A stretch of DNA of 64,000 nucleotides from Gemmataceae bacterium (GCA_025055215.1 JANWYO010000143.1:827-64826); one strand, 5' to 3'; numbered from the stretch's first letter, positions 53,194 to 64,000 are shown. Numbers and translations are program-made. Notes: generated by a model from the sequence alone, not told the origin.

Positions 53194-53625
53194 GGTCCGC
53201 AAGTCGGCCGGACGGTCGCTGCCCGTGGGCGCGTCGGTGTCATGCCGGCTGGCGTCCCGGGGAGAGGAAAGTCCGGGCTCCACAGGACACGGTGGTGGGT
53301 AACGCCCACCGTCCGCGAGGACCGGGATAGTGCAACAGAAAGCATACCGCCCGAAGTCGGGTCGGTGAGGCCCGATTTTGGGTAAGGGTGAAAAGGTGGG
53401 GGGACTTCGGTCCCTTAATGTAAGAGCCCACCAGCAGCCGGGTGACCGGCTGGCTCGGCAAACCCCACCGGGAGCAAGGCCAAGTAAGGGAGGAGGGCTG
53501 GTCCGGCCCGCTGTGAACTCCCGGGTAGGCCGCTGGACCACACGGGCAACCGTGCGGCTAGATAAATGACCGTCCCCAGGACCGATCCTGGGACAGAACC
53601 CGGCTTACAGGCCGACTCGCGGACC
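53194..53625 (+). ncRNA. rnpB: RNase P RNA, bacterial type A
   Basis: GGAGAGGAAAGTCCGGGCTCCACAGGACA (P4/J3-4), AGTGCAACAGAAAGCATACCGCC, GGTAAGGGTGAAAAGGTG, ACAGAACCCGGCTTACAGGCCGAC. The 5' GGTCCGCAAGTCGGCC pairs with the 3' GGCCGACTCGCGGACC. Followed by GTTTTTG. Confidence 0.95.
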
Positions 53626-53660
53626 GTTTTTGCTCTGCTCGCACTCGTCGGGTCGTTCCC

Positions 53661-55985
53661 TTGGCCGCGTCCGCATCCCACCCCGCTTGGGGGGCAACCA
53701 CCGTCTGCCGACTGCGGCCGTACCTGCTGCTGGCGGTCTTCGCCAGCCTGTTCTTTTTCGACCTGCTGATCCGGCCTGGCGGCACCCTTTATTCGGACAC
53801 GTCCGACCTGCTGGCGCTGCATTTGCCGTTCAAGCGCTTCCTGGTTTCCGCCTACCGGGAAACAGGGGAACTGCCGCTCTGGTGCCCGCACAGCTACGCC
53901 GGCTTGCCCGTGGTCCATGACATCCAGACGGCGACATTTTACCCGCCGCACCTGGTCCTTTACCTGCTGTCGGAGGACTGGGTGGGGCCGGCGATGAGCT
54001 GGCTGGTTTGGGCCCATCTGGTGGTCGCAGGATGGGCGATGCACGCCTATGCCCGATCCCAGGGGCTGGGCGGCGCCGGGGCCTTCGTGGCAGCGGCGGG
54101 CTTCATGTTCGCTGGCCGCTGGCTGATGCACCTCTTGCTCGGAGGGCATTACATCCTGGCGCCGCTGGCTTGGCTCCCGTTGGTTCTCTTGGGGTTGGAG
54201 AGAGCCCAGGAGGCGGGCTCGCTGCCGCGGTGGCTCGTGCCAGCGACGCTCGCCGGAACTGCTTATGCTCTGGTGATCCTAGGGACGCACCCGCAGCTGA
54301 CTTTCTACGCAGGATTGTTTGCCGGCGTGTGGACCGTGGTGCCTGCGTTGGAGCGAGCGGGGTGGTACGGCGGCCCGAGATCGGGCCGCCGCACCGCCTG
54401 GGCCCTGGCGCGGTGGTTCATCACCGGAACGTGGGCCCTGGCTATTGCCGTCGGCTTGTCGGCCATTCAACTAATGCCCGCGCTGGAGGCGGCCCCGCTC
54501 TCCAGCCGGTCCTTGGGCGTGGCCACTTGGGACGACATCCTCCTGGCCGGCCCGCGCGTCCTCTTGTACCTGGTTGGCCCTGCCTTGACGGTAGAGCCGG
54601 TCAACCTCCAGTGGGAGGACCGCGGCGGCCTGGCCGTCCTGTGGTTGACCGCCGCTCTCCTCGCGCCGCTCCTCGACGGGCCGCGGGTCCGAGCTCAGGC
54701 TTGGGTCACACTCCTTTTCGTCCTTTTTGCCCTGGGCGGGGCCATCCTCGTGCACTGGTTGCCGGGGTTTCGGCTCTTCCGTCAACCGGCCCGCATGATG
54801 ATCGTCGTGGGCCTCCCCGTAGCCCTGCTGGCCGGCCGGACCGTGCAGGCCGTCGGAAACGGTGTGACGACCGGTCAACTTTCCCTCTGCCGCCATGGGC
54901 TGGCGCGGGTAGTAATTGCTGCCGGCATTCTCAACGGCGGCTTCGCCCTTCGGCTGTTTCTCCAGGGCGCTCCCATCCGCTGGCACCCATATTGGGCCAG
55001 CCTGGTGTTGACGATCCCTGCGGCTTATGTCCTTTTCTCGCCCCGTGCCGAGGGCTGGCGGCGCCGGGCGTTGCCGATGGTGCTGCTTGTCGACCTGCTG
55101 GCCTTGACTTGGCCGGCGGTGCAAGTTTATCCGGAAGCCGAAGTCCTGGCACCGACCGAGATCGTGTCGTTCCTCCAACGCCTGCCGCCGGCGCAGCGTG
55201 GCCGAGTCCTCGACTTCCATCCCCTCGGCCACGACTACAACTCGCCGCTGGGGACCGGCGCGCACCTCGCCCTCCGCTACCGCCTGGAACCAGTCCGAGG
55301 GTACAACAGCTTCGACATCCTGGCCTACAAGGAATACTTGGCGGCGATCGCCGGGCACACCGGCCCCCTTCGGCCGTTTGAAAGCGACTTGACCTTCCCG
55401 GATGTCGGCAACGTTCCCGTGGTCCGCAAACCGCTCCTCGATCAGCTTGGCGTGCGTTACCTGGTGCAGCCTGAGTCTGAGCCGGCCCCGTCGGATTGTC
55501 GGAAGGTTTTCGAGGAGAGGTCGCCCGCGGCTTACGACTTCAGCCGTGGCGGTCGACAGCCCCTTCCCCCTTACGTCGTGTACGAAAATCTGACGGCCTT
55601 GCCTCGGGCCTTTGTGGTGGCCGACCTCGGCCCGGCGGCGGGAGGGCCGGCGGCCCTCCCGCTGCTTCCCCGCCACGCCGTTATCCGCCGCGATCGGCCC
55701 AACGAAGTCGTCATCGACGTCCCAAGGGGGCAACCGGGATGGCTCGTCCTCAGTGATCCGTGGTATCCGGGCTGGACCGTCTCCGTGAACGGCGAGCCGC
55801 GCTCCCTGCTGCGGGTCTGTCAAGCCTTCCGCGCCGTGGCGCTTTCATCGGAGGCGCAGGAAGTCGTCTTCCGCTTCGCTCCCCAATCGCTGCGCCTTGG
55901 GCGCTTGATCAGCCAAGGGACCGGGGCAGCGGTGATGCTCTTGCTGATTGGGGGACTGGTCTTTCGGCGCCGGGAAACATCATGA
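53661..55985 (+). CDS. YfhO-family membrane protein (GT-C type glycosyltransferase-like)
   Basis: Many TM helices. N-terminal region LYSDTSDLLALHLPFKRFLVSAYRETGELPLWCPHSYAGLPVVHD. The only in-frame start is TTG 53661 (no ATG for about 110 codons), so the start is uncertain. Confidence 0.7.
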   Translation: MAASASHPAWGATTVCRLRPYLLLAVFASLFFFDLLIRPGGTLYSDTSDLLALHLPFKRFLVSAYRETGELPLWCPHSYAGLPVVHDIQTATFYPPHLVLYLLSEDWVGPAMSWLVWAHLVVAGWAMHAYARSQGLGGAGAFVAAAGFMFAGRWLMHLLLGGHYILAPLAWLPLVLLGLERAQEAGSLPRWLVPATLAGTAYALVILGTHPQLTFYAGLFAGVWTVVPALERAGWYGGPRSGRRTAWALARWFITGTWALAIAVGLSAIQLMPALEAAPLSSRSLGVATWDDILLAGPRVLLYLVGPALTVEPVNLQWEDRGGLAVLWLTAALLAPLLDGPRVRAQAWVTLLFVLFALGGAILVHWLPGFRLFRQPARMMIVVGLPVALLAGRTVQAVGNGVTTGQLSLCRHGLARVVIAAGILNGGFALRLFLQGAPIRWHPYWASLVLTIPAAYVLFSPRAEGWRRRALPMVLLVDLLALTWPAVQVYPEAEVLAPTEIVSFLQRLPPAQRGRVLDFHPLGHDYNSPLGTGAHLALRYRLEPVRGYNSFDILAYKEYLAAIAGHTGPLRPFESDLTFPDVGNVPVVRKPLLDQLGVRYLVQPESEPAPSDCRKVFEERSPAAYDFSRGGRQPLPPYVVYENLTALPRAFVVADLGPAAGGPAALPLLPRHAVIRRDRPNEVVIDVPRGQPGWLVLSDPWYPGWTVSVNGEPRSLLRVCQAFRAVALSSEAQEVVFRFAPQSLRLGRLISQGTGAAVMLLLIGGLVFRRRETS

Positions 55986-57190
55986 CACATTTGCCACGGC
56001 TCGGCCGTTTCCTCGGTTTGCTCGGGGCCGTCACCCTGGCCGGCTATGCCTTGTTCCGCGCGGGACCGCACTTCGCCGCTCCGGAAGCCTGGCCGCCAGA
56101 AGATTTCATCGCCTTCTGGTCCGCGGGTCGCATCTTCCTCGCTGGGGGCAATCCCTACTCGTGGGCGGAGTTGGGACCGGTCCAGTGGCAGGCCGGCTGG
56201 CCTGTCAGTAAAGGCCCCCTGGACCTCTACAACCCTCCCTGGGGATTGACCTTCTTTCTCCCCTTCTGCGTCTTCAACTTTGCGTCGGGTCGGCTCCTTT
56301 GGTTGCTCTTCCAACTCGGCACCCTTTTTTTGTGTGCCGAAGGATTGCGGCGGCTGTATGCGTCGCGGAACGGAACCTCGACCTGGCCGATCCTCATCTG
56401 CTTTGCCTACTATCCAACCCTCCAGCTCTTGGCGGTTAGCCAGACGACCTTCCTCGTGTTGGCAGGCATCGTCGGCTTCCTGGTGTGCCACCGCCACGGT
56501 CACGAGTTTCTCGCCGGAGGATGGCTAGCGATTACCGGTGTCAAACCCCACCTTGCCGTCCTGCCCATGGCCGCGGTGACCGGCTGGGCCGTCGTGTCGC
56601 GACGGTGGCGCATCCTCTGGGGATTGTGGGCCGTCGGCGCGCTGCTGCTCGCGTTGCCGGCCCTGTGGAATCCCGCGGCCTACGCGCACTACCTCGAAGC
56701 GATGACGACCCGGCCGCCACGCACCGTGCCGGCCGTGCCCGCGGCCTGGCTCCGGCAGCTGATCGATCCCGACGCCTATTGGCTGCAACTGGTGCCGACG
56801 TTCCTGGGGTTGGTCTGGGTGACGATCGATGCCATTCGCCAGCCAAGCTTGTCGAGCTGGGACGAGAAAATGTCTGGGCTGCTGTTTGTCACGGTGCTGA
56901 CCGCGGCCTACGGTTGGGGGTACGACCTGGTGGTGCTGCTGCCGCCGCTGGTGGAGGCGACGGCTTCCTTGCCGCGATGGCCGCGGCCCGCGGCGGCCTT
57001 GGCCGCCGCGGGCTATCTCGCCGGCAACGCCGCCGCCGTGGTCATGAACGTGCAGCACGTCGACGAGCGCTACTTCGTCTGGCTGGCTCCGGCGCTGCTC
57101 GGCGGCTGGATCATGGGCCGCTGGCTCGCACGGCCCCAAGAGGCGGCCCCGCCGGCCCGCCGGCCAACTGCGGAAGGACGTAAGCCTTGA
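55982..57190 (+). CDS. GT87 / DUF2029-family membrane glycosyltransferase
   Basis: ATGA overlap with the yfhO-like stop. DFIAFWSAGRIFLAGGNPY and LYNPPWGLTFFLPF motifs. About 10 TM helices. Confidence 0.7.
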   Translation: MTHLPRLGRFLGLLGAVTLAGYALFRAGPHFAAPEAWPPEDFIAFWSAGRIFLAGGNPYSWAELGPVQWQAGWPVSKGPLDLYNPPWGLTFFLPFCVFNFASGRLLWLLFQLGTLFLCAEGLRRLYASRNGTSTWPILICFAYYPTLQLLAVSQTTFLVLAGIVGFLVCHRHGHEFLAGGWLAITGVKPHLAVLPMAAVTGWAVVSRRWRILWGLWAVGALLLALPALWNPAAYAHYLEAMTTRPPRTVPAVPAAWLRQLIDPDAYWLQLVPTFLGLVWVTIDAIRQPSLSSWDEKMSGLLFVTVLTAAYGWGYDLVVLLPPLVEATASLPRWPRPAAALAAAGYLAGNAAAVVMNVQHVDERYFVWLAPALLGGWIMGRWLARPQEAAPPARRPTAEGRKP

Positions 57191-57935
57191 GGAAAGCGAC
57201 ACCGTGGCAATCGTTGTGCCGGCCGCAATTGCCGGTCCAGGCAACGCTCGGATGCCAGGGGTGCTGGCGGAGCTTGGTGTACAGCCAGGCGTCGTGGGGT
57301 GTTTGCGGTACGGGACAGAACCCGCGCGAGCCGGCGGGCGGGCCGCGCCGGCGGTCAGCCGTGCCGACCAGGGCCGCGCTCAGCCGAACTCCCAGATCGT
57401 ATTCGCTGTAATAAACGTCGATACCGTCGCGGGCCGCCCGCAGGGCCGGTCGCAAGTCGTACCCCGCCGACACGGAGGGTGCCAGCAGGACGATTCGACT
57501 GACCGAATCGGGCGGCAACGCCTCCGCGGCGGCCAACACAACGGTGCTGCCGGCGCTGTGGCCGACCAACACCACATCCTGGCCCGGACAACACTGCCGA
57601 TGGCAGGCCACCCGGTTGGCCAGACGATGCCCTTCGTGGCGGGCATGGGCATAGTCGATCTGGTCAATCAAGATGCGCCGATAACCGTGGGACCACTCGA
57701 CGGTGACGACACTCCACGGCAGACGCAGGTCGGCCACGGCCTGACGCAGGGCCTGGGAAGTCGATTGGTAGTTGCCAGCGCCGTCTGCCACGAAAAAGAC
57801 GCCTTGATCGCGGGGCGAAGGAGCGACGGCAGTCGCCGCCTTGGGGCGCAGTCCGGCACAGCCGATTAGTAATGGCAGAAAAGCCAAAAGGATCGAGAAC
57901 CGGGGCACGGCTTCCAGGCCTCGTGCTCGGAGCAT
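57111..57935 (-). CDS. Lipoprotein alpha/beta-hydrolase (GxSxG = GHSAG)
   Basis: AAGAGGG SD. Lipobox LLIGC. Nucleophile elbow VLVGHSAGS. 80-nt convergent overlap with the GT87 gene. Confidence 0.65.
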   Translation of the reverse strand: MLRARGLEAVPRFSILLAFLPLLIGCAGLRPKAATAVAPSPRDQGVFFVADGAGNYQSTSQALRQAVADLRLPWSVVTVEWSHGYRRILIDQIDYAHARHEGHRLANRVACHRQCCPGQDVVLVGHSAGSTVVLAAAEALPPDSVSRIVLLAPSVSAGYDLRPALRAARDGIDVYYSEYDLGVRLSAALVGTADRRRGPPAGSRGFCPVPQTPHDAWLYTKLRQHPWHPSVAWTGNCGRHNDCHGVAFLKAYVLPQLAGGPAGPPLGAVRASGP

Positions 57936-58036
57936 GCCGGTGCCCTCTTACCCGCGGCGGTCGGGAAAGCGACACCCCGTTTCGGCCAGCCCAGGCCCAG
58001 GCATTTCGCGTGCGGGCCGGCCTAGCAGGTTTGGTC

Positions 58037-58065
58037 GCTATATCTTGCCTCGCCAGCGGTTTCAA
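58037..58065 (-). promoter_or_regulatory. Sigma70-like promoter TTGAAA-N17-TATAGC for the hydrolase gene
   Basis: Read on the minus strand, 18 nt downstream of the 3' end of repeat copy 6 and about 95 nt upstream of ATG 57935. Confidence 0.4.
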
Positions 58066-58083
58066 GCGGACGTGTCGGGGAGA

Positions 58084-58302
58084 GTCCCTTAGGATCTCGG
58101 CGGGACGAAGGAGAGCAACCAAGGGCGATCGGTCCGCGCTCGCGCGACGATGGGAGATGCGTGCCCGACACGCAGATACCGTTCACCTTTCATCGATTCG
58201 CGGTCGCTGCGTCCCGGGCGAAGGCGAGAAACGGTGAATCGTGAGCGCGGAACGAGGACGTGGCGGGGAAAAACCGTGGCGCGCTCAACCCCGCCCCTGA
58301 AC
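58084..58302 (-). repeat. Intergenic repeat family, copy 6
   Basis: Reverse complement GTTCAGGGGCGGGGTTGAGCGCGCCACGGTTTTTCCCCGCC..CGATTCACCG..ACGCAG/CTGCGT hairpin..CATCTCCCATCGTCGCGCGAGCGCGGACCGATCGCC..GAGATCCTAAGGGAC. Confidence 0.7.
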
Positions 58303-58340
58303 GACAGATGTATCGTGTCGGGCGAAGGCCCGGCCGGCGA

Positions 58341-58388
58341 GCGCAAACAAAGACCCGGGCGTCGGCCAAAATTGCGCCGACGCCCGGG
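58341..58388 (-). terminator. Intrinsic terminator of clpC
   Basis: Minus strand CCCGGGCGTCGGC-GCAATTTTG-GCCGACGCCCGGG followed by TCTTTGTTTG, about 45 nt after the clpC stop. Confidence 0.6.
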
Positions 58389-58431
58389 CCTGACTCAGCC
58401 CTGCGGGCTTAGCATCCCACGGTGCGGTGAT

Positions 58432-60945
<2,514 letters not shown>

Positions 60946-61294
60946 TCCAGCCATCTCCAACCGTCCCGCAGCGGCCGCGGCCGACCCTTCGCGGCGGCAG
61001 CAGGGGAAATCCACGTTGTCGGTCCTAAAGTTTCTTCTCGTCCCGGTCCGTTCACCTGGCTCGGCGCCGTTCGGGCGAGGAGCCCACGAACTTCGAGGTA
61101 TCTCCGGCCAGGTCCGAGGGAGTTGCTTTCCGCGGTATGGTGCGAAACCGTCTGTCCCTCACCAAATTCTAAGGAGAATATCACCCTGAATCAAGGCATG
61201 GGCCTGGGTCGGGCGCGGGCCTGCCGCATGCCCGTGTGGCAGCAACTTTGCCGCCTTTCCGGCAACACCCCTCTTGCTCCAACTCCCTGGCAGT

Positions 61295-62152
61295 TTACCC
61301 TCCTTCGCCCAAAGCATCGATTTCCTCGGCATCAAGGACCAAGTCGTTCCGTTCGAAGAGACGGGCGATGGCAGCCTTGTGGATTTTCATCTTGATGCCG
61401 CCCACGCCGATCGCCCCGTAGGCGATGACCCCGTCGCGTTCAGTCGCTTTGTCAGCCACGTCGATCCCTTCGATGCCCAGCGGGGGCACAGCATTGAGAT
61501 CGACCACGACCCGGAGCGTGGGACAGGCGCGGCGGGCAGCCAGCGGCAGGAGCAGGACGCCGGCGGCGCCGGCGGCGATGGCGAGTTGGCAGCCGGCCAA
61601 CGCCGCCGACAGGTCGCTGGGAGCGGGTTGCACGCGTGCCTCGGGCACCTTGCGGCGGATCGCCTCGACGGCGGCCTGGGCCCGGGCCGGCTGCCGGGAG
61701 CCAATGCGGACCTCGGCCCCGCGTCGGGCCAAGAGCCGGGCCACCCGTTGGCCGACTGGTCCGGTGCCGCCCAGGACCAGGGCGGTCGTTTGCGCCAGGT
61801 CGAGGTGCCGGGCGGCGGAGCGGACGGCCGCCGCGGCCGTGGTGTTGGCGCCGTTGGCGTCGAGCATTACCGAGACCCGCAGGCCGAACTGCGGCAGCAT
61901 GTGTCGGAGGGCCTCCTGCAACAGCGCCTCGCCGACGCTGACGTCGCTGCCGCCGATGAACAGCGCCGTGCGCCTGAGGTCCTGGGGCCCTCGAGTGAAA
62001 ATGGCACCATGCACCAGATTGCGGACCTGCTCTCGCTGCACGCCGCCGTAGCTGAAGACTTCGTCGGCGCCGGCATCGAGGGCGACGACCCGGTCGAAGA
62101 CGCTCGGCTGCGGGTCGGGATCGATCTGGATGAGGATGGTGCGTTTGGTCAT
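61295..62152 (-). CDS. mtdA: NAD(P)-dependent methylene-tetrahydromethanopterin/tetrahydrofolate dehydrogenase (MtdA family)
   Basis: ILIQIDPDPQPSVFDRVVALDAGADEV, MLDANGANTTAAAAV, VLGGTGPVGQRVARLL, PPLGIEGID, IGVGGIKMKIHKAAIARLFE. Collinear with methylotroph MtdA as I recall it. Start trimmed to the internal Met (MTKRTIL). Confidence 0.85.
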   Translation of the reverse strand: MTKRTILIQIDPDPQPSVFDRVVALDAGADEVFSYGGVQREQVRNLVHGAIFTRGPQDLRRTALFIGGSDVSVGEALLQEALRHMLPQFGLRVSVMLDANGANTTAAAAVRSAARHLDLAQTTALVLGGTGPVGQRVARLLARRGAEVRIGSRQPARAQAAVEAIRRKVPEARVQPAPSDLSAALAGCQLAIAAGAAGVLLLPLAARRACPTLRVVVDLNAVPPLGIEGIDVADKATERDGVIAYGAIGVGGIKMKIHKAAIARLFERNDLVLDAEEIDALGEGG

Positions 62153-62229
62153 CGGCGGGCCGCTCCCTCGCTGGCGCCTGGGCGGCGGCGATCGCCGCCG
62201 CCCAGCCTCGGTGGCTGTCCCGTCGCCGA

Positions 62230-62727
62230 TCACTTTGGCGAAAACGGATGCTTCACCGAGTCCTTCTTCGTCAGGATCTCGTCAATCTTCGGTTCCGACT
62301 TCATGGCCCGTTCGATGGCGAGCTTGGTCGCTTCATAGTTGAACTGGTAGATCTTGTTGTCGTCTTTCGCCTCCCAATGGATGAAGACGCCGCAGACGAT
62401 GACCAACTTGTCCACGTCGGCCTTAGGAATGACGCCGGAGGCGACGCTGTCGGCCACGGCCCTGGCGACCGCCGCCTGGGCCGGCCCGAACATCTGCACC
62501 GCCTGCTTTTCGCCTTTGATCGTCACCTTGGTGATCAGCACCGTCGCTGGCTTGCAAATTAAGTTGGGAGTGAGCACCGCCAGCAGGTTGGAATGGCCTT
62601 GTTTCTGGTCGGCCAGGGCGTTGGCGAACGCCACGCCGACCGGGCCATCCTTCGAGCCAATGAGCAGGTCGATGTGGGCCACTTCGTTGCCGTCGCCGAC
62701 CAGGGCTTCGCCGATGTACATGGACAT
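62230..62727 (-). CDS. fae: Formaldehyde-activating enzyme (5,6,7,8-tetrahydromethanopterin hydro-lyase)
   Basis: GEALVGDGNEVAHIDLLIG, LLAVLTPNL.CKP, AVQMFGPAQ, GVFIHWEA.DD.KIY.FNYEATKLAI, 165 aa. AAAGGAAGA SD before ATG 62727. The rest of ORF 62230..63357 is non-coding-like. Confidence 0.9.
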   Translation of the reverse strand: MSMYIGEALVGDGNEVAHIDLLIGSKDGPVGVAFANALADQKQGHSNLLAVLTPNLICKPATVLITKVTIKGEKQAVQMFGPAQAAVARAVADSVASGVIPKADVDKLVIVCGVFIHWEAKDDNKIYQFNYEATKLAIERAMKSEPKIDEILTKKDSVKHPFSPK

Positions 62728-63180
62728 GATGCGTCTTCCTTTCTGTGCATGGAGGCTGGAAAAGTTGCTGCGGCCGACCCGCGTCGTCGCCAGGCGCCAC
62801 ATGCCGCCGGTCGGAGACGCATTGTACGGAACCCGCCAGCCATTGACCGCTGCGACCGCCTCCGAGCCTGGGTGCCAGCCGATCATCTGGGCTGCCGACC
62901 GCCAAGTCCATGCGTCAGCCCCATCCGGCAAGTCCCCTCCCATTCGAATGGTTTGCGTCGATCCGATCGCCGGTTCTTTGCGCACGGACCAACAGTCACG
63001 CCGGCCATCCAGCGACGAGATGAACGAGCGACGTTGCTCCGCATGCCGCCAAGCGGGCCGAACCGTAGATCGTGACGGATCAGCGGACCGCGAGCGATGC
63101 GGATTCGGACGTTCTCGCTCGGCGCTCCAGTGGATGTGTCTTTGTGCCGGCGATCGTTCGCCATGCCGGCGGTTTCGACT

Positions 63181-63230
63181 GTTCAGACGGCTCGCAATTG
63201 GACCACGCCCCGCGTTTTTCCACACCTTGC
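63181..63230 (+). repeat. Partial copy (5' module only) of the intergenic repeat family
   Basis: GTTCAGACGGCTCGCAATTGGACCACGCCCCGCGTTTTTCCACACC resembles GTTCAAGGCGGGGTTGAGCGCTCC..CGGTTTTTCCCCA. Confidence 0.4.
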
Positions 63231-63437
63231 GTGCAGGTCTTGGCAGAACAACTGGTCGTCGGGAAATCGCTGGGCGGCCCGGCAGGTGACGACCGAGGCT
63301 TGGGAAAGGAGCTGTTAACTTTTCCTGTCTTGGCCGTTTAGTTTTAGCGGAGTTCACTTCCTGGCATCGACCGCCAACGTGGCCGATGCACCTGACGGCC
63401 GCCGACCGCCCGGCGGGTGCGAAAGGAGCCGGACGCC

Positions 63438-64000
63438 ATGCGCCACAAGTCCTTAATTTACGGTCTATTGGGTTTGTTCGCCTGCGCCTCGGGAGCGTGG
63501 GGCGCCGAGTCGGCCTCGCCCGGCACGCCGCGGAGGAGTGTCGAGGAGTTGGCCGTGCGAATCGACTTTTTCATCGACGAGGGGCTGAAGGCCCATGGCG
63601 CCAAGGCGGTGGAGTTGGCGGACGACGCCACCTTCCTGCGGCGCGTCTATCTCGACATTGCCGGCCGCATCCCGAGCGTCGCGGAGGTGCGGGCGTTTCT
63701 CGACGACCCGTCGCCCAACAAGCGCCGGGAACTGGTCGACCGATTGCTGGATGGGCCCTATTATGTGCGGCATTTCAGCGCAGTCTGGCGGTCACAGATC
63801 CTGCCAGCTGGGGCGAATACCCAATTTCAGTTTGTCAATCCCACCTTCGAGAACTGGCTGCAAAACAAGCTGCGGGACAATGTCCCCTACGACCAAATGG
63901 TCCGCGAGTTGCTGACTGTCTCGGTCAATCCGAATGCGGTTCCCGGACGGGTGGAGGCAATGCAGGCCGCGTACTTTGCCTTCGCGCCGTTGGCCTTTTA
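63438..64000 (+). CDS. DUF1549 domain-containing protein (planctomycete PSCyt/DUF1549/DUF1553 type), 5' partial, runs off the window
   Basis: GAAAGGAG-N9-ATG. Signal peptide MRHKSLIYGLLGLFACASGAWG. FLRRVYLDIAGRIPSVAEVRAFLDDPSPNKRRELVDRLLDGPYYVRHFSAVW. No stop before 64000. Not in the ORF track because it is open-ended. Confidence 0.8.
   Translation, partial: MRHKSLIYGLLGLFACASGAWGAESASPGTPRRSVEELAVRIDFFIDEGLKAHGAKAVELADDATFLRRVYLDIAGRIPSVAEVRAFLDDPSPNKRRELVDRLLDGPYYVRHFSAVWRSQILPAGANTQFQFVNPTFENWLQNKLRDNVPYDQMVRELLTVSVNPNAVPGRVEAMQAAYFAFAPLAF

Noticed and set aside
57111-57190. 80-nt convergent overlap of the GT87 and hydrolase genes as a regulatory antisense arrangement
   Set aside because: Both C-terminal tails are low-complexity extensions that simply run to the first stop in stop-poor DNA. 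There is no structure or motif in the overlap.
62728-63357. Upstream 210 codons of ORF 62230..63357
   Set aside because: Only the last 165 aa match Fae, and these are preceded by a good SD and ATG. The upstream translation is Arg/Ser/Pro-rich and overlaps repeat debris.

Overview
High-GC (about 65-70%) bacterial chromosome segment. The gene content points to Planctomycetota, probably Gemmatales-like: DUF1549, DUF1573, a PVC-type heme-binding CxxCH protein, WD40 and HEAT proteins with the planctomycete C-terminal module, and H4MPT-linked fae/mtdA. About 40 real genes are supported. They include a short SecA paralogue, trpG/pabA, cimA, a czcCBA-type RND efflux operon, tRNA-Ser(UGA), three tandem TPR-GT41 (SPY-like) glycosyltransferase modules in two genes, carB, rpsO-pnp plus an orphan histidine kinase, GT39-like, YfhO and GT87 membrane glycosyltransferases, a PrpD-family protein, MFS and CDF transporters, kbl, larE, RNase P RNA, clpC, mtdA and fae. 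Most long ORFs in the track are antisense or off-frame shadows typical of high GC. Four things stand out. (1) A dispersed 190-250 bp intergenic repeat family has at least six copies. It carries an internal hairpin kept by compensatory changes and a palindromic ACCGATCGGT-like box. Five copies sit directly upstream of sigma70-like promoters of unrelated genes. (2) The cimA leader has a classical attenuator layout: promoter, SD-preceded 27-codon Leu/Ile-rich ORF, alternative pairings and an intrinsic terminator. (3) clpC is otherwise intact but is interrupted by one in-frame TAA replacing the conserved Tyr of GYxGY. (4) The TPR-GT41 module is triplicated, with two units fused into one gene. I saw no CRISPR array, transposase, integrase or recognisable defence system. 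Gene ends come from the ORF track. Hand-counted positions of short motifs may be off by 1-2 nt.
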